DNA of 38,337 nucleotides, from the UHGV virus genome UHGV-0135268; one strand, written 5' to 3'. Origin of the DNA: a virus. The notes below the pieces were generated by a model, which saw only the letters and a program-made list of their open reading frames with translations, did not search any database and had not been told where the DNA came from. A program made the position numbers and the translations under genes. Of this stretch, positions 25,628 to 33,921 are shown one piece after another. How positions within the stretch are numbered: the first letter of the stretch is position 1; each line of letters starts with the position of its first letter.

Positions 25628-26449
25628 TTATATCAAAATACCATTATTGGTTACACGTTTAAGCTGTGTATCGCTGTAGGTTTCCTCTTCAAAGCATTTG
25701 GTGACCAGACGCTCATAGAACGGCTTCCAGTTATAGCGCCATGTGCGCTCTGGCAGCGCAGGCAACTGAGCAAGGATGCCACGATAAGCAACTGAGGATT
25801 TCGGCCTGCTGTAGCCCCTTCCTTCACAGCGTTTGCATTCCTTATAAACCGGCACGCCCTGAAATTCGGTCTCTTTCCTGTCGAGGGTTTTCCCGGTACC
25901 GCCGCACTGGCAGCGCTTGCTGATTTTCCCGCTGCCCTTGCACTTGCCGCATAGCTGGTGGTCAACGTCTGTTACCTGGCGGAATTTTTCGAAGTCCGAC
26001 GGTGATTGCCGCAGATCTTTAGCCCACTGCGGCAGACGCATCGTGTAATGGCTTTTCGTCACCGTGGTAGTTTTGGTTACCAGCCCCTTGCCGCTGCACT
26101 TTGGACACTCATAGGAATCAGCAGCTGATGAGGCGTAGTCGTTATAGGCGAACGTCGCGAGGACGCGCATGCAGAGGGGGAATTTCTTCCCGGCGGCGCG
26201 GCGTAGCGCCAGCGGGGCTTTTTCTTTGGCGTACTCGGCGAGCCAGGAGATTGCCGCTTCCCGGTCCTGCTGGCTTACAGCGGCTTTACCCAGGAACATA
26301 GCCAGGCCTATGCCCGCCTCGGCCTGAGTCATACCCAGCGCGGCCATAACATCCGTGACGGTTAACTGCTCGCTTGCTGTAGCGCGCGGGCTGTCGGAAA
26401 TGTGCATCCCTTTCGGGGCGAAAAATTTAACGATGCTATCTAAGTTCAT
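25628..26449 (-). CDS. Q: Late antitermination protein Q
   Basis: SDSPRATASEQLTVTDVMAALGM N-terminus, several CxxCxGxG motifs, W...WKPFYERLV C-terminus. Upstream of pR'. Confidence 0.88.
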   Translation of the reverse strand: MNLDSIVKFFAPKGMHISDSPRATASEQLTVTDVMAALGMTQAEAGIGLAMFLGKAAVSQQDREAAISWLAEYAKEKAPLALRRAAGKKFPLCMRVLATFAYNDYASSAADSYECPKCSGKGLVTKTTTVTKSHYTMRLPQWAKDLRQSPSDFEKFRQVTDVDHQLCGKCKGSGKISKRCQCGGTGKTLDRKETEFQGVPVYKECKRCEGRGYSRPKSSVAYRGILAQLPALPERTWRYNWKPFYERLVTKCFEEETYSDTQLKRVTNNGILI

Positions 26450-26467
26450 GCGGTGGTCTCCACTCCA

Positions 26468-27520
26468 CTACGCCAGAACGCCGATTGCCAGCGCCCTGTC
26501 TAAAAAACGAAAAATCAGCTCAAGCTGAGAGCCGTATTTTTCTTCGAATGCCACGGGGTCCCGGTGAAGCTCGTCGTGATGCTTTCTGCACAAAGGCAAC
26601 ACAAAGAGGTCATGGGCTTTGGTACCCATTCCACCCTGCCCGTGGCCGATCAGGTGGTGGGGGTCGTCTGCCTGCTGGTTGCAGCATGCGCATTGCTGCG
26701 CTTTCACCCAGCGGGTGTACTTCTCGTTTTCCCATCTGCGGCGCTTAGGTCGAAGCATGTAGCTTTCCGGCGATTCCGGGTCAACCTTCAGCGCCAGCAG
26801 CTGCGGCGGCTGCTCCGCCAGCACTTCTTCGTTGCTCCTGCACTTCGCCGCGGCGCCAGCACGCCCTGTTTTTGCTCTGAGAATTTCCGTGACCGGTGCC
26901 GACGGCACGATATCGCTTTCGCGTGTTACCGAATGAATGGGCTCCGCCGGCAGCCGCAGTGCGCGGCGGGTGATGCTGTCCGGCAGCGCGTGAGTTACTT
27001 CCTCGCGTAGCGCCCACCAGCACAGTTCCGGCAGCGTAAGCTCATGCGAGTCATCGAATCCAAGCGCGCCGCGGGCCATCGCTATAACCCAGGCTACCAC
27101 ATTAACCCGGGCCATTTCTGCAAGCCGTTGCGTATGCTGGCCGCTCAGCACGTTATCGCAGTGCCAGCACACTCGGATCGCGCCGGGCGCATGGCGAAAC
27201 GTCTTAAGTTCCTGATGGTGGTAATCGCTGTGCGGGTACTGGCAGCCGCCCTCCTGGTTCATCAGCCATCGCTCAAGTGACGGCACACCACCAGCTACGC
27301 GGATCACATCTTCATGGCTGAAGAAGCCCGCCAGCGCGGTATCTTCCGCCAGCGGCTGCCGTGCGGGCGGCAGCGCCCCGGTTGCCAGGTGCGCCATGCT
27401 GGCGGGCGGAAGCTCCACCAGCACGCGGCCGGAGGTGAAGATAGGCATCAGGTCAGCGCCCGGGCGCAGCAGCACGATCCCCATGCCGCGCGCAATTTCG
27501 GGAGTAAGTAAAGCTCTCAC
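26468..27520 (-). CDS. DUF968 (YdfU-like) protein with C-terminal HNH-like Zn motif
   Basis: MRALLTPEIA.. N-terminus and CACC..ADDPHHLIGHGQGGMGTKAHDLFVLPLCRKHHDELH. Confidence 0.85.
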   Translation of the reverse strand: MRALLTPEIARGMGIVLLRPGADLMPIFTSGRVLVELPPASMAHLATGALPPARQPLAEDTALAGFFSHEDVIRVAGGVPSLERWLMNQEGGCQYPHSDYHHQELKTFRHAPGAIRVCWHCDNVLSGQHTQRLAEMARVNVVAWVIAMARGALGFDDSHELTLPELCWWALREEVTHALPDSITRRALRLPAEPIHSVTRESDIVPSAPVTEILRAKTGRAGAAAKCRSNEEVLAEQPPQLLALKVDPESPESYMLRPKRRRWENEKYTRWVKAQQCACCNQQADDPHHLIGHGQGGMGTKAHDLFVLPLCRKHHDELHRDPVAFEEKYGSQLELIFRFLDRALAIGVLA

Positions 27521-27529
27521 GTTCTCCCC

Positions 27530-28309
27530 TTAATGCACTGTTTCGAGCAGGCGGAACAGCTCCGGCGCCCGTGATTCAAAGAAATGCGGCTGCGTCTCGC
27601 GCGGGTTCGCCGGGCTGGTGATGTTCTTGCCGTACATGCACCCTTTCGCCGTCAGCGACCAGAATTTCTTAATGCCGTTAACACCGGAACGGCTCCGGCG
27701 CGTCTTCTGCTCCACAATGCCCAGCTTCGCCAGCTGGTGGTAAACCTGATTGGCGGTCAGCCGGATACCGTTAGCCTTCAACAGCGCGCTGAGTGACTGC
27801 GTGGGGCGGCTGCTGCCGTCCATCGCATCCACTGGCGCATCGATGGCGTACTGCGGTGCAAGGTTCGGCAGGCCTGCAGCCTCCTGGAGTTTCTGGCACG
27901 CACCGAGCACCGAGGAATTAGAAAGATTCAGCGAGCGCTGCATGAAATCGAGAAGGATCACGCCCGCCTGCATTTTGTCAGCTGCCTGGCTGATTGCCTG
28001 CTGGCTTACGGCAGCGTCAAACGTCCGGATCACCTTCAGGTTAAACTCGGGGCTAATCCACATCGCATAGGAGTAAACCAGCTCCTTGCAAACAAACGTC
28101 CCCTGACCTGCGCCACCCTTGATTACCGATACAGGGATTCCTGTATCGCTCAGTAAATGCACCAGTTCACCGGTCTGCTGGAGGTTGCGCCAGAGCGTTG
28201 GCTCATGACGCCGCTCGCCACCAGCAGCACGATGCAAATCGTTGAGGCAGTAGCGCCCCTCCGGATCACGGCGAACGGTCACACCATCGATTACCATTAA
28301 CTGATTCAT
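27530..28309 (-). CDS. KilA-N domain DNA-binding protein
   Basis: GRYCLNDLHRAAG..GTFVCKELVYSYAMWISPEF KilA-N motif. ATG 28309 preferred as start. Confidence 0.85.
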   Translation of the reverse strand: MNQLMVIDGVTVRRDPEGRYCLNDLHRAAGGERRHEPTLWRNLQQTGELVHLLSDTGIPVSVIKGGAGQGTFVCKELVYSYAMWISPEFNLKVIRTFDAAVSQQAISQAADKMQAGVILLDFMQRSLNLSNSSVLGACQKLQEAAGLPNLAPQYAIDAPVDAMDGSSRPTQSLSALLKANGIRLTANQVYHQLAKLGIVEQKTRRSRSGVNGIKKFWSLTAKGCMYGKNITSPANPRETQPHFFESRAPELFRLLETVH

Positions 28310-28325
28310 GCGTTTATCCACTTAG

Positions 28326-28712
28326 TCAGGCGGCTGCAACCGCCGGTTCGTATTTACTGATCGTGATTTCGACTTTCCCTTTCGGTGTTACCGGTCCCCA
28401 CTCCACCAGCATTCTCTTTATCTGGCTGTCGTCCTCCCAGATACCCGCGTGGGTCAGCGCATCGAACAGCGCTTTGTTGTAGTTGTCGATATCGCGGCGC
28501 CGGGCGTCAGGCGGGAAAAGAAAAATCTCCACTGCCGCCGGCGCGCTGCTGGGTTTAGGCAGTTTGCGAAGCTGCTCGATAATCGCCGCGCATGCTTCAC
28601 TCTGATAAGCCCGCCCTTTGGCACTGATGAGATGGCGACCAGCCAGCGGCCCTTTATTCGGGGCGCGCCAGTAGGTGTTAACGCTCGGGGGAAAAGGCAG
28701 GGTCAGCTTCAT
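28326..28712 (-). CDS. rusA: RusA Holliday junction resolvase
   Basis: LPFPPSVNTYWR and PPDARRRDIDNYNKALFDALT..IWEDDSQI motifs. Confidence 0.93.
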   Translation of the reverse strand: MKLTLPFPPSVNTYWRAPNKGPLAGRHLISAKGRAYQSEACAAIIEQLRKLPKPSSAPAAVEIFLFPPDARRRDIDNYNKALFDALTHAGIWEDDSQIKRMLVEWGPVTPKGKVEITISKYEPAVAAA

Positions 28713-29041
28713 ACAGAAACCCCGCGCGATTTGAGAAACGCGAATGACTTCTCCCAGGCTTGCTCTTCTCCAAGCACCATGGAGCGCAGAAGCGCTACGG
28801 CTTCTTCCTCAGCGCTCTGGCCGTTGATGGTTATGCCGCGCGCCACGCCCGGATCTACACTGATTGCGCCGCGACGCTGGAGTGAGCGCAGCATGTCGCC
28901 TGCAGCGTTCGGGGAGGTGGCCCCCATTAACTGGGCCACCTCTTTACGGGTCGGCGGATAGCCATGCTGGTTCTGGAAAGCCTGAATAAGCGCCAGCACC
29001 TCCTGCTGGCGGACGGTTAAGCGTTGAGAGTTGTTTTTCAT
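28709..29041 (-). CDS. LexA DNA-binding-domain protein (no peptidase domain)
   Basis: LTVRQQEVLALI..GYPPTRKEVAQLMGATSPNAA..L..L.RRGAI..PGVARGI closely parallels the LexA N-terminal winged helix. Confidence 0.85.
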   Translation of the reverse strand: MKNNSQRLTVRQQEVLALIQAFQNQHGYPPTRKEVAQLMGATSPNAAGDMLRSLQRRGAISVDPGVARGITINGQSAEEEAVALLRSMVLGEEQAWEKSFAFLKSRGVSV

Positions 29042-29730
29042 GCAGCCTGCTCCTGCGGTCCAACAGATACAGGCTGACCGCTGGCTAACATGCGCTCCGC
29101 CTCGCGGCGAATCTGAGCAAGAAACGCGTCGCCGCGTGCTTCCAGCTCGTTGCGGCTGATGTAACTCATCGCCGGGCCGCGCCAGGTCTTATCGAATACC
29201 ACCACCGCACCAGCGAAGAACGCACCGGACGGGATCTGCTTTTCGTCTTTAGGGACGAACCAGGACGGAAGATCGAAACCGATACGGCCACGGATAAAGG
29301 CGATGTGATCCGCGTCTTCCGGCCACCAGACCTCGCTGGTGGCCGCCTTAATCAAAAAGACGTACCGCCCGCCTTTTTCCCGCATCGCACTGGCGTGCTG
29401 CATGATGTAGCGCATGCCGGTGATGTAATCTCCGTCATGCCGGGACGCGCGGCTATACGGCGGGTTGCCGAACGCGGCGCCGTTGAGTTCGGCCAGACGC
29501 GCCGACCAGTCCTGCGTCAGCGCGTTATCTTCCGCGGTGTAATAAGCCTCACATTTGGCGTTCTCACCATCAGAGAACAGGTCCAGTACGAGCGGGCCGA
29601 ACATGGCGTTGATGCCCCAGAAAATATTGTCCGGAGTGCGCCACTGATCCCCGACTTCTTTAAGTTCGTGAGCCGGTTTGCTGCGCAGCGCTGCCAGCGC
29701 CTGGCTGTAAGCATTCAACGGGTGCATCAC
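29038..29730 (-). CDS. Phage N6-adenine DNA methyltransferase (Dam-type)
   Basis: DQWRTP, LDLF, FGNPPYSR (NPPY) and FIRGRIGF motifs. Confidence 0.9.
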   Translation of the reverse strand: MMHPLNAYSQALAALRSKPAHELKEVGDQWRTPDNIFWGINAMFGPLVLDLFSDGENAKCEAYYTAEDNALTQDWSARLAELNGAAFGNPPYSRASRHDGDYITGMRYIMQHASAMREKGGRYVFLIKAATSEVWWPEDADHIAFIRGRIGFDLPSWFVPKDEKQIPSGAFFAGAVVVFDKTWRGPAMSYISRNELEARGDAFLAQIRREAERMLASGQPVSVGPQEQAA

Positions 29731-29963
29731 AGTTCCCCCACATAATTACCGGCCAGATAGCAACGGCCTTCCACGTAACCAACGCGGTTGCTCATCTTCA
29801 GGCACTGGGTGCGCTTCTTAGCCAGCCGTTCGCGGTCCCGGTTACTCTTCGAGGCATCGAATGCAGCCAGGTAAACATGCGCGGCGCGGCGCCACAGATT
29901 CTGTCTTTCCAGCTGGCAGGCCAGCTCTTCAAAAACTTCGTGTTTCAGCTTCTCGTTTTTCAT
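29727..29963 (-). CDS. PerC-family protein
   Basis: A..LE..LWRRAA..Y..AFD...RE..A.KR..CL pattern. Confidence 0.75.
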   Translation of the reverse strand: MKNEKLKHEVFEELACQLERQNLWRRAAHVYLAAFDASKSNRDRERLAKKRTQCLKMSNRVGYVEGRCYLAGNYVGEL

Positions 29964-30832
29964 GATCTGAACCCCTCCGGGACCTGGCTGTAATCAACAC
30001 CGGCATAGCTGGCTTTAAATGCGCTGTCGTCGCGCTGCACACTGCGCTGCTTCCACTGCTGGCGGGGCGGGCGTCCGCGCTCTTTCCAGCGGGTAGCGCT
30101 CAGCAGGTAGCCTTCAAGCTTGCTCGGAACGAACAGCGTCTGCGGGCGCATGTAGTCGTACATTTCCGTGTCGTGCCAGTGCTCGTGTTTGTAGTCGACA
30201 ACGAGCTGCAGGTCGTCCACCGAATGACCTTCGCGCAGCCGGGCCCGGATATTCTCCAGTGAGGATTTCGATTTCTGGTAACGCGCGCCGGTGACCAGAT
30301 TCAGGTGCTTCAGCACAGCAATCGCTTTATCGGTGATCAGCTGCTCAGCGTCGGGTTGCCGGGCAACCTGACAAGAAGGTTGTTTATCTGATGGTTCTTG
30401 TTTTGAATTTACTGACGGATCCCCGCCAGATTCTGACGGGTCAAAACCGCCAGCCAGACCGGATTTTGACGCCTCAAATTTTGACGGGTCAGATTCTGAT
30501 GCGTCAGGTTTTGACGTGTCAGAAACTGACAGGTGAGAAAGCGCAGCAGCCTGCAGCTTTGCCACGTTCAGGCGGTACACGTTCGAGGCGTTGCGGTTGC
30601 CGTTGCGGCGCTGCGTACGGGTAAGCCAGCCCTCTTTCTCCAGCTTCGCGATCGCCGTTCTGATGGTGCTCGGGCCTGCGCCAAGTTGACGCGCAATGGT
30701 TTCGATAGAAGGCCAGCAAACGCCTTCATCGCTGCTGAAGTCAGCAAGGCGCGCCATGATAGCGACGCTGGATAATTTCATGCCCGACGCTGCGCAGCCA
30801 TCCCACACGTAGCCGGTTAACTTAGTGCTCAT
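29960..30832 (-). CDS. Replication initiator (O-like; HTH plus conserved phage C-terminal domain)
   Basis: LADFSSDEGVCWPSIETIARQ HTH and YMRPQTLF C-domain. Contains internal iterons. Confidence 0.88.
   Translation of the reverse strand: MSTKLTGYVWDGCAASGMKLSSVAIMARLADFSSDEGVCWPSIETIARQLGAGPSTIRTAIAKLEKEGWLTRTQRRNGNRNASNVYRLNVAKLQAAALSHLSVSDTSKPDASESDPSKFEASKSGLAGGFDPSESGGDPSVNSKQEPSDKQPSCQVARQPDAEQLITDKAIAVLKHLNLVTGARYQKSKSSLENIRARLREGHSVDDLQLVVDYKHEHWHDTEMYDYMRPQTLFVPSKLEGYLLSATRWKERGRPPRQQWKQRSVQRDDSAFKASYAGVDYSQVPEGFRS
30413..30536. repeat. Replication origin iterons
   Basis: Quasi-palindromic TGACnnGTCA-type units at 30467, 30482, 30497, 30512 and 30527 (exact 15-bp period), plus copies at 30434 and 30413, next to an AT-rich patch, inside the initiator gene. 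Confidence 0.8.
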
Positions 30833-31166
30833 GCATCAACCCTTCTGAACTTCTCACGGAACCGCTCAACAGGCTGCATGCAGTCGTGCGGATAGCCGGC
30901 GCGCCGGAAGATAACCTGCCGTTTTTCGCGGTCGTAACCAACGACGTGGACTTCAACGCCGCGCCAGTCGCGGTACCGTCTGTCGAGATCTTGCATACGA
31001 GGTTCTTCGCTTTACGGTTGAATGCCCCCACGATGAGACGTGCGCGACTGTGGTTACACGGAACCCAGCGGCCTGATACCATGCGCTCATACCGAAACGA
31101 CGGGGTGCCCTGCACAGGAATAGCCCGAAGTTGCGGTAAGCGGTTATTTACCGTTAAACTGTTCAT
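30822..31166 (-). CDS. YmfM-like protein (e14 SfiC-type division inhibitor candidate)
   Basis: MNSLT...QL.A.PV.G...VG.FNR pattern recalls e14 YmfM. Directly follows the YmfL-like gene with ATGA overlap and a GGAG RBS. Confidence 0.6.
   Translation of the reverse strand: MNSLTVNNRLPQLRAIPVQGTPSFRYERMVSGRWVPCNHSRARLIVGAFNRKAKNLVCKISTDGTATGAALKSTSLVTTAKNGRLSSGAPAIRTTACSLLSGSVRSSEGLMHEH
30829..30996 (-). CDS. DUF4222-like small protein (55 aa; not in the ORF track)
   Basis: MQDLDRRYRDWRGVEVHVVGYDREKRQVIFRRAGYPHDCMQPVERFREKFRRVDA*. ATGA coupling to the initiator start. Confidence 0.8.
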   Translation of the reverse strand: MQDLDRRYRDWRGVEVHVVGYDREKRQVIFRRAGYPHDCMQPVERFREKFRRVDA

Positions 31167-31714
31167 GCGTTAGTTTCTCCACTGATACGACACGCCACGG
31201 CGCCCGGAGCTGCACACTCGCGGGCGTCACTCTTTTCTGGCGCACAGAAAACGCGATACAGCAGCGTTAAGTGTTCCTGCCACTTCTGCATTACCTGGTA
31301 ACTGTTTTCTTCAATCTGTGCGCGCTCTGCCTGGTCAATTACCCCGTCAGCCGTTGCTTTGCGGATATAGGTCGAATGCTTGCCAATCCACTCGATGGAC
31401 TCCATCAGACGCTGATTGATGTCGGCGTTATCCACATCCTCGATATCCACCAGCGGTACATTCACGCTGTTTGAATGGCGAGATACCGCATCAGCGATGT
31501 GCTTAGTACCGCTGGCCTGTTGCAGAACAATCGCCCATCCCATCGGGAAAATCTGATCGCCACCGGTACGCAGGCGGTTAAACAGTGCATCTTCGGTAAC
31601 ACCCAGCCAGTCAGCGGCTTCCGCATATCCACCATGCAGGCTTGAAATAGTTTTTTTTATTGCTGCCACCAGCCAGGCTGGTTGCTTCTCTACTTGCCAG
31701 TGTTCGCTACCCAC
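31163..31714 (-). CDS. YmfL-family (CII-position) regulator
   Basis: WQVEKQPAWLVAAIKKTI..GGYAEAADWLGVTEDALFNRLR..GDQIFP motif. Follows cro. Confidence 0.85.
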   Translation of the reverse strand: MGSEHWQVEKQPAWLVAAIKKTISSLHGGYAEAADWLGVTEDALFNRLRTGGDQIFPMGWAIVLQQASGTKHIADAVSRHSNSVNVPLVDIEDVDNADINQRLMESIEWIGKHSTYIRKATADGVIDQAERAQIEENSYQVMQKWQEHLTLLYRVFCAPEKSDARECAAPGAVACRISGETNA

Positions 31715-31742
31715 GGTTAACTCCTTGAATCAGTGGTTACTA

Positions 31743-31940
31743 TTAAACTGCCGTTTCGTTAGGCTTTTGATAAAGCTTGCTGTCGTACTTGAGTTTTCCT
31801 TTGGTGATCCGCTCAATGACGAAGGCTTGTTTCTCAGGGATGATTTCCCCCCAACGACACACAGCAGGGTGCGAAATACCGAGAGCATTAGCGGTTTTGG
31901 AGATGCCGCCAAAGTGCTCCACCACTTCTTTTTTATGCAT
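31743..31940 (-). CDS. cro: Cro-like repressor
   Basis: 65-aa HTH (FGGISKTANALGISHPAVCRWGEIIP), divergent from cI. Confidence 0.9.
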   Translation of the reverse strand: MHKKEVVEHFGGISKTANALGISHPAVCRWGEIIPEKQAFVIERITKGKLKYDSKLYQKPNETAV

Positions 31941-31966
31941 GATTCCTCCTTATGGTTGACGCCTTA

Positions 31967-32031
31967 AAGGTAACAAAAGGTACATCAAATAGCAAACAAC
32001 AGTTACCCATTAAGCGTGTAACATAAGTTAC
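31967..32031. promoter_or_regulatory. OR operators and PR promoter
   Basis: GTAAC-N4-GTTAC-type sites at 31970-31983, 31993-32006 and 32018-32031. Minus-strand TTGCTA-17-TACCTT (31995-31967) drives cro. Confidence 0.8.
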
Positions 32032-32691
32032 ATGAGAATAGAAATGAAAGACCGAATCAGATCCCGGCGATTACAGCTGGACATAACCCAGGACGCACTA
32101 GCGAAAAAGCTTGGTGTAAGCCGCGTTTCGGTGACAAAGTGGGAAAATGGGACGACTAAACCGGATGGTGAGAATCTCCACCAACTCGCGTTAAGCCTTT
32201 CCACCACACCGGAGTGGTTGCTATACGGGCAAGGAGATAACAAAGATGACGACACCAAAGTTGTGCCGTTCATTAAGGCGCCTACCGTTGTACCTATAAT
32301 TTCCGCAGTTCAGGCTGGGCACTGGACAGAAACTTACGCATGTTCAAGGTTGACCGACGTGATTTCATGGACACAAACCACAGCTGATGTATCTGAAGAA
32401 GTTTTTGCTCTTGTCGTTCGTGGCGAGTCTATGACTAACCCCCACGGCTTGCCATCAATACCGGAAGGGTCCATCGTTATTGTCGAACCGAGATATGGTC
32501 AGCTTGACGATCTGTACGGAAAAATAGTTGTGGCAATTTTAGACGGCTCCGCAGAAGCAACTGTTAAGAAGCTTGTTTGGGATAGCCCCTACTCGTATCT
32601 GATGCCGCTTAACCCTGCATTTAAACCTATCCAAATTGATGGTAATTGCCGGATTGTTGGAAAAGTTGTTCAAGTAACCCAAAATCTTTAA
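32032..32691 (+). CDS. cI: CI repressor (HTH plus S24 autopeptidase)
   Basis: HTH (TQDALAKKLGVSRVSVTKWENG), VQAG cleavage site, VRGESM (Ser) and ATVKKL (Lys). Confidence 0.95.
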   Translation: MRIEMKDRIRSRRLQLDITQDALAKKLGVSRVSVTKWENGTTKPDGENLHQLALSLSTTPEWLLYGQGDNKDDDTKVVPFIKAPTVVPIISAVQAGHWTETYACSRLTDVISWTQTTADVSEEVFALVVRGESMTNPHGLPSIPEGSIVIVEPRYGQLDDLYGKIVVAILDGSAEATVKKLVWDSPYSYLMPLNPAFKPIQIDGNCRIVGKVVQVTQNL

Positions 32692-32706
32692 GCCCACCAT
32701 GTAAAT

Positions 32707-32732
32707 GCCGGTTACCTTTAATCGGCTTTTTT
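32707..32732 (+). terminator. cI terminator
   Basis: GCCGGTTA-cctt-TAATCGGC followed by T6. Confidence 0.7.
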
Positions 32733-32744
32733 GTATCTGCATAG

Positions 32745-32796
32745 GTAACAAAAAGTACATTTCAACCTTGACCTTCTAGGTAACTAAAGGTACATT
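32745..32796 (+). promoter_or_regulatory. OL operators and PL promoter
   Basis: Operators GTAACAAAAAGTAC (32745-32758) and GTAACTAAAGGTAC (32780-32793). TTGACC-17-TACATT (32768-32796). Confidence 0.85.
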
Positions 32797-32853
32797 CAAT
32801 TTATCAACAGCGAACAGGCAGGACGCCCACGAAGTAGCCACTCGAGGTTAAGT

Positions 32854-33180
32854 ATGCAATTTGACAAAGAAAAGGTTTTCAAGACGTTCAACCTACCGCG
32901 TGAGGAATTTAGCGCGTTAGAGGCCGGGCCTAATGCTCACGCAGGAAACAGGATTGAGCTTTTTGTTAACGGGGCTCTGACGCAGACCTTAAACACAGAA
33001 TCAGCGGTAACAGCCGATTACCTGATGTTTATGGGTGGTGTGGTTGAGGCGATGGAGAAAGATAAAACTTCGCTGGAGTCTGAAGCCAACAAAAGTGGTC
33101 GCACTCTGGCTACCGGATTTAGAGGGATTGGCTCTGTCCCTTTGGAATCAGTAGGCGTCCCAGAGGTCCTGGATAAATAG
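32854..33180 (+). CDS. Hypothetical protein, first gene of the PL operon
   Basis: 108 aa, GAGG RBS, protein-like composition. Confidence 0.6.
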   Translation: MQFDKEKVFKTFNLPREEFSALEAGPNAHAGNRIELFVNGALTQTLNTESAVTADYLMFMGGVVEAMEKDKTSLESEANKSGRTLATGFRGIGSVPLESVGVPEVLDK

Positions 33181-33384
33181 ATCGACCTTTATCCACATGG
33201 CTCGACCTACGGTTTTAATGATGTGATTTGCGGTCTGATCGCTGATTTCAATGTCCCAGGAATCGTAATTTTTATCTGGGTACTCTTCGGCGAAGGTAGT
33301 CCGAATGCCGTGTCGGATATCAGCTTCTGAAAGTCCGCAGCCGGTATTAATCAGGCACTGGGTTAAAACATCTGAGCGCTTCAT
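33148..33384 (-). CDS. Hypothetical protein, antisense to the PL operon
   Basis: 78 aa with natural-looking composition. Weak RBS. 3' end overlaps the preceding gene by 33 nt. Confidence 0.5.
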   Translation of the reverse strand: MKRSDVLTQCLINTGCGLSEADIRHGIRTTFAEEYPDKNYDSWDIEISDQTANHIIKTVGRAMWIKVDLFIQDLWDAY

Positions 33385-33485
33385 GAGTTATCACTATCAA
33401 TGTGTTGGGGATTTCAGATTAACCGAATCCTTGTTGTTGGGGAATAGCAGGATCCACCGAGCCTGATGTGGTGAAAAGACAGGCG

Positions 33486-33616
33486 CACAACGGAAAGAGC
33501 ACTGCCGAGCAAGGCATAAGAGCTGGTTCGATTCCAGACAGTCCCATTCAGTTGGGAGGGTTGGGCAGGGAAAAGGTCCGTTCGATTCGGACACCGGCAG
33601 TGCTCTCTCCGTTGTG
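33486..33616 (+). ncRNA. Putative structured RNA A: 22-bp closing stem enclosing two T-loop hairpins
   Basis: 33486-33507 pairs with 33595-33616 (21/22). Inside are CTGG-TTCGATT-CCAG and GTCCG-TTCGATT-CGGAC. Confidence 0.6.
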
Positions 33617-33779
33617 ATGTGTTCAAGCGAACTGCAGCGCCGGCCGACGCAAAGACCTGTAAATCGGCTGAGCCGCAACTACTGGCGGCCAAGACCAAAA
33701 CAGAGCGGCAGGAAATAAGCAGGGGTAGCGCCCTGGTGTCACAACCAAAAAAAGCAGCAAGCGTGGTAGTAGGCAGTAG

Positions 33780-33830
33780 TTGGCGGCGTCTGAGCCTTTC
33801 TTATTTTCCGCGAGGACGCCGCAATTTTTT
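33780..33830 (+). terminator. Probable terminator in the PL operon
   Basis: GCGGCGTC...GACGCCGC stem with a long loop, followed by AATTTTTT. Confidence 0.55.
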
Positions 33831-33921
33831 ACGCAACACACAAGAGCATCGCCGGGCGACGGGTTCATAACCCAATCCACCCGGGCGGCTTCCTAACCGC
33901 AGGTGCTCTTCTGTGTTGTGT
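33831..33921 (+). ncRNA. Putative structured RNA B: 20-bp closing stem with multibranch interior
   Basis: 33831-33850 pairs with 33902-33921 (one mismatch, two G.U). Interior helices CCGGG/CCCGG, GGGTT-cat-AACCC and GCGG/CCGC. Confidence 0.55.

Noticed and set aside
30413..30536. CRISPR-like or VNTR array
   Set aside because: The units are 15-bp degenerate palindromes without unique spacers, inside the initiator gene. They fit origin iterons.
33503..33600. A third tRNA gene
   Set aside because: T-arms are present, but there is no cloverleaf, no 7-bp acceptor and no CCA. Reported as a tRNA-like RNA instead.
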